The position numbers and the translations under genes were made by a program. 51,614 bases of DNA from NCBI GenBank assembly GCA_000934665.2, contig JYFJ02002761.1, positions 1 to 51,614 on the forward strand, in the 5' to 3' direction. The notes under the pieces were generated by a model. The model had not been told where the DNA came from. It did no database searches and saw only the letters and a list, made by a program, of their open reading frames with translations. Source of the DNA: Catajapyx aquilonaris (taxonomy: Eukaryota). Shown piece by piece: positions 46,727 through 51,614 of this stretch. Each line of letters opens with the position of its first letter. Position 1 is the stretch's first letter.

Positions 46727-48245
46727 CCTGCATGGAGCACATTTTGGTTTGTTGGCTAGGTTTTACTGAGATTGCATGTAAGGAACCTGGCCGTTTACAC
46801 TCTGATTGGTACCGTAATAACTTCAGCATTAATAAAAGTAGTTAATTTATCATCACATTTTACCTGTAAGGGGTGGTTAGCGATAATGGAGAAGCAAGTT
46901 AGCCACACTGGTGAACTAAAACAGCACACATTCATATCAGTGAAGCAAATAATAGAACAACATGAACAACGGAAAAACCCAAAACGAAAGAGGATAAGAA
47001 TATAGAGTTATTATGCTTTTTGCCCAAAACAAAGCAATCTAGCAATTTTATAACTTCGCAAAATGTTAAATCGCCACCTGATAAAGAACGGAAGTAGGCC
47101 TACTAAATTAGTCATTTTGAAATCTGTGTATTGATTTAAAAAAAAATTATTTCCAGCGACTAGTAATTGGAATATTTGCCAATGTTACCGGTACAGTAAC
47201 AGTACGTTCGCTCAGAATACATTTGCACTTCGTAGAGCATCGTGCAATGAAGTACACTATATCACCGCACCGCCATAAACAGTCCAGGGCAAACTGTGAG
47301 GTATTTTCTATTGCTCTTGACTTATTATACTGTCATTAACTCTTAATTGCATAACAATGTAATGCTCAATATACAGTAGTATTGAAGCTGCCCGGGTACA
47401 CAACGTACATTTCACAGCTTTGATTTGTCAGATAATTTCTCGGATGCGCGGGAAAAAGAGGCATAAGTCAGAAAACTAATTTTTTGACTTATGCACTTTT
47501 TCCCTCGAATCCGAGATTTGCGCATATAGTTCAACCCTGGTTCAACCGCTGTGCTGGTGACACTAACAATCTGTAACAAGTTAGATTTATGTGACATCCT
47601 TTTACCCAACTAGCTGAATGTAGAGCTAAAACATTGTTTGTTTCACTTAGCCTTCTCAATAAATTATTTCACTCCTATCTCAATTGATCCCCACCCCCCA
47701 TTTTCCACGTAGCCATATATCAGGTCACAGAGTTAACAAACCCTCGGACAAATCCATCAGAACTGGTATCAAATGGGCAGAACGAAATCGTGATCTTCAC
47801 CCTCTTGACTCGCCTGCGGTCATCCTCAGAAATAATAATATTTTTGTGACATAGCTAACAGACCTATAGTTAAGATAGACTTGAATTTTCGGACATATAC
47901 ACCTATAGTTGAGGGCAAAAGGGAGGGATGTAACATGATATAATAAGGGTAGTAAAATTCAATGCTATGTAGGCTAAACTTTATTTCAGCTTGACACACT
48001 GGTTACAGTATTATATTTGCAGTATTATTTCTCTTTTTAAGTATTATAGTGTGCAACTTGAATAGGATGAATGCACTATTTAACTTTGAAGCCCGCTATA
48101 AATCCCTGTCATGAAGATAGTAAACTGCCTCTGCATGTACTTGATCATTTCCAACAATCACTGGGAATGAACAAGTATAAAAGTATAAAATCATGTAAGT
48201 TATATGATTTTATACTTTTATACCTGTTTTCATTTTGGAACCGAT

Positions 48246-49948
48246 CTACACGCACGATCCAGGTACGCAGAAGTACCTCACAGGATCGTAAATTTTACCA
48301 GCTGGACAGGTGACAACCTTATCTATAATTTGTCCTCTTACGCCAATGCAGTAATGTATCAAATTGCATTTCAAAGGGTCAGGATCGGGGTACTTTCCTA
48401 CTTTCATAGGGCACTGAAATGTAGGATTTGTCGTAGGATTAATTGGAACATCTGTTATGAACCCCCCATTACAAGAGGGGACATTTTCACGCGAGTCGCA
48501 ATTTTGTGTTGCAGGATCATATACCTGACCGCTACTACAATTCTGAGGAAACATTCTACCATTGACGCATATGTAGTAATTTGCTGAACATTCACTTCCA
48601 AATGGGTATAACCCGTCCGATTTGCCACTACATGAGGGGCAGTAACCTACAGACGGTTTACACTTTTTCGTAACACTATCAAAAATCATGTTATTTTTAC
48701 ATTCTTCAGGAATTTTTGTCAAGTTTCCTGATACTTGATCTGATAAGCAAACGTAATAATTTCTCGTGCAATTATCTTTCTTCTCCTGAAAATATCCTTC
48801 CGTTACGCAGTTACCGCTTCTAGGAGAACATTCTGGAATTTGGCTTAATGGAACGCATTTTTTAGAAGAGGGACTAAACCCTTGACCCGTATCGCAATGA
48901 TACATTGTCACTTGAAAGATATCTGGATTTCTCGACGGTTCGCAGTAGTAAAAATATTCACAGAAATTCTCCACAGGGTGGGGACCGGACACGCCATTCT
49001 GGCAAACGTTTTCAGGGAGATTTGTAGTGCGGCAGTTGTCATCAGTGTTATTTAAAGTGCAAGGACTTAGCTTGTCCCAATCATCTGGATTGAAAATGAA
49101 CGAATCGCCTGTAAGATCTGTGCAATTAAAATATGCTGGTCGTGTAACCCTCGGAGAACACACAAAGTATCCTCCGCAGTATTTTGGGTCAGGAAAATTG
49201 AGGAAGGGGCCGTCTGGTACACACGCATACATATCAGTTTTGCATGTGTTTGGGTCTTTTACAGATTTGCAACCACCTAATGTGCAATATTCTGGCTTAG
49301 CTGTATCACATGATTTCAGAGTGTTACTAATTACGTCACCATTAGGGGTGATTATACGATATAATACTTTGGTGCAATCGTCAGAACAAAAGACGCTTCC
49401 ATACTGGGATGTTAGAGATCGAGGAGCCATCAACATCAGTGCTTCTTGGCAGTGCACCTGAATAAAATGAATACGGTTCGGTTGATATGTCTGTATAAAA
49501 ACCTGTCTCACAACATACATACTGAAACTGACCTTTCCTTCCGGCACGCAAGTCCTTCTTCCTTTTGAAAACATTCCTTCCGGGCAATACATTTCTTCTG
49601 CTACTAATTCTCCATCGTCAGTCTCAGAGCAGTAGTAAAACTTGTGACAGTCCTCAGGGTGCGCAAACAAGCCGACATATGGACATGCAAAGCTGAATTA
49701 CAAATTTACAGGATTACGAAGGCTGACATGCAATTCACCCATATGAGTAAAATAAATATGCGCCTGATTTACCTTTCTCCTTCTGTAGTTGTCTGTCCAG
49801 TAGTAGCTGAAATTATAGCTACAAATGTCTGAAATAGACATCAAGAAATAGTAGTCAAGCACCATATCGCACCATGCATAGGCCTTACAATGATAAATAT
49901 ATTCTTGAGCTTTCTTACCAGGATCGCAAGAGACGGCGAGAAGGACAT
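48246..49948 (-). CDS. Secreted multi-ChtBD2 peritrophin-like protein, paralogue of 31962-33707, ~485 aa; exons 49948-49919, 49828-49773, 49692-49533, 49457-48246
   Basis: MSFSPSLAIL|TFVAIISA signal; same exon layout (160-nt exon 3, phases 0/2/0); shared DCHKFY, CSDDC(S/T)K, FPD motifs; one extra C-terminal domain; TATAAA 50003-50008; AATAAA 47980-47985. Confidence 0.88.
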
Positions 49949-51029
49949 TTTGAATCAGAGTCCGACTCCACTTGAGTGAGAACATTTCAGCCCTGCGATC
50001 CGTTTATAAAACCCTATCACTTTGCATTTCAGCTCCAGGATAAGAACTTTTACAACACTTTCAAAGAAGTATGACACCGCCCGAGATATCAATTATTTAA
50101 GTCCCCGTAATATAGATAACTTGCATTTCCACCCAAACCGAAACGATCTGCCTTGCAATAGGCTTACAGGGCTACACTCAAGTATTACTGGTGAGCGGAT
50201 ATTGCTCACAACTTTATGATGGTCGATAGTAAAATTGCGACATTTTCTTGGAAAGATGTCGAGAGAACAGCAATTGACGCCTCAGATTTCAAACGAGAAG
50301 GAGACATTAACGAGAGTCCACCTTTCCACCCACTGAACTCCCAGACATTTCCCTTGTCACAGAAGTAAATTAACCACATTTTGGTTAAATCTTCTCAAAC
50401 TAAGAATTTGGAAAGAAAAATAAAATATCATATTATGTGACAGGAAAAGTCGAAATTGAGGCACCTTTTCAATGGCTAAAGATTTAAAAGAATAGCTAGA
50501 TTCAGACGTACCTGGCGACATCTTAAAGCACTTTCACATTCATCGGCTAAGCTTATTTGATAATAATTATTTCAACTGCTGTTTTCGAGAATAACTCCAC
50601 GATAAAATTAAAGAAAACATTTGGGTTATGAACCCATACTTTGCTGCGTATGAAAATCCAGTGTGTCTGTTATCGCAGAAGTACTGAGTGCTTGATTTAT
50701 TTGAGTCATTTTATATGATCAGATTTTGGTTTAAAAGAGAATTTTACAACAGAAAACGCATCAGTATCAGAATTTTGTTGTCAACTAAACGACGAATTGA
50801 CAGTTTTGTCAGAAAAGCCGAAAATCCTCCTCCTTGCCATTTCAACAACAATCATGGGAATCAAGGGTTCCCTGCCTATTTAGGCGTAGCCTATACTAAT
50901 TATTTACCCCCACACACTCAGTTACTGTCTGTTAACTTCTGGAACAACACAGCCACCCACCAGCTACCTCATAATTAACACCTGCATAGATATTACGATC
51001 TAATAATATACAGTAGGATAATGTCAATA

Positions 51030-51453
51030 CAGGGTGTATCTGAACTCAGTGCCCCGACGTATATGACTGCCTTCCTAGCCACCAGAGGATCGATTTAAGT
51101 ATAGGAATCATTATGTTTGGCCGCCGCATTACGGAGATACACTCTTTAGCGATTTTTGCCTAATCGCTCCTTCTGACTTTTAAATAGAATTTTCTGGTGT
51201 AACTAGCCAAAGAGGCCTTACCACCTGTGGGCAACAAACCAACAAAGTCCCGCCCCCAGACCTTCCAGAGCCTTCTGACTGGGGGAGGGTTCGATGGGTG
51301 GCCTAACCGACAGGATATTTTGTACTACATGTTTGCGGCCAATTATCTCCGTAATGCGGCGGCCAAACATAATGACTCCTATACTTAAATCGATCCTTTG
51401 GTGGCTAGGAAGGCAGTCATATACGTCGGGGCACTGAGTTCAGATACACCCTG
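51030..51453. mobile_element. Tc1/mariner-type MITE, 424 bp, 110-bp TIRs, TA target duplication
   Basis: TA|CAGGGTGTATCTGAACTCAG ... CTGAGTTCAGATACACCCTG|TA; arms 51030-51139 and 51344-51453 with about two mismatches. Confidence 0.92.
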
Positions 51454-51614
51454 TATTATTAGACAGGGTGCGGGAATTTTACGTGCCTGTGTGCTTTAGG
51501 AGATGGTAAAGAGGTTACCCACCAAAAACCTTTCTGTAAAAAAGGCCAAGTTCTCCTGACTGCTTGGCCGTAAAAAGTGGTGAGATCTGAAATACGGCCA
51601 AGTTCAACGTCGTA

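Noticed and set aside
49949..49985. ATG 49985 as start of the third peritrophin gene
   Set aside because: Too close to the TATA box and out of phase with exon 2; ATG 49948 gives a signal peptide matching the paralogue.

Overview
Eukaryotic, intron-containing arthropod DNA (probably pancrustacean; species not determinable). The first ~31 kb is an Enhancer of split complex, E(spl)-C: two Bearded-family (BFM) genes on the - strand (CDS 1518-2037 and 5687-6386) divergent from two E(spl) bHLH-Orange-WRPW genes on the + strand (18020-18741 and 26563-30278). All four carry Notch/proneural regulatory signals: Su(H) sites, paired sites (SPS), E-boxes, N-boxes, and 3'UTR K, GY or Brd boxes. The rest holds three peritrophin-type chitin-binding genes (- strand), one GMC oxidoreductase gene (+ strand), MITE/foldback elements, two tRNA-derived SINE-like elements and tandem repeats. 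Most notable: (1) the second BFM gene has an exon resembling a degenerate E(spl) basic region/helix 1, and all four genes share a phase-0 K|V first intron, hinting at a common origin or chimerism of BFM and E(spl) genes; (2) a fixed-spacing CACCTGC-N6-TTCCCAC E-box/Su(H) composite occurs five times; (3) a cryptic paired site with identical arms lies ~3 kb upstream of each E(spl) paralogue. Exon structures and motif counts were read by eye; nothing was computed or searched.
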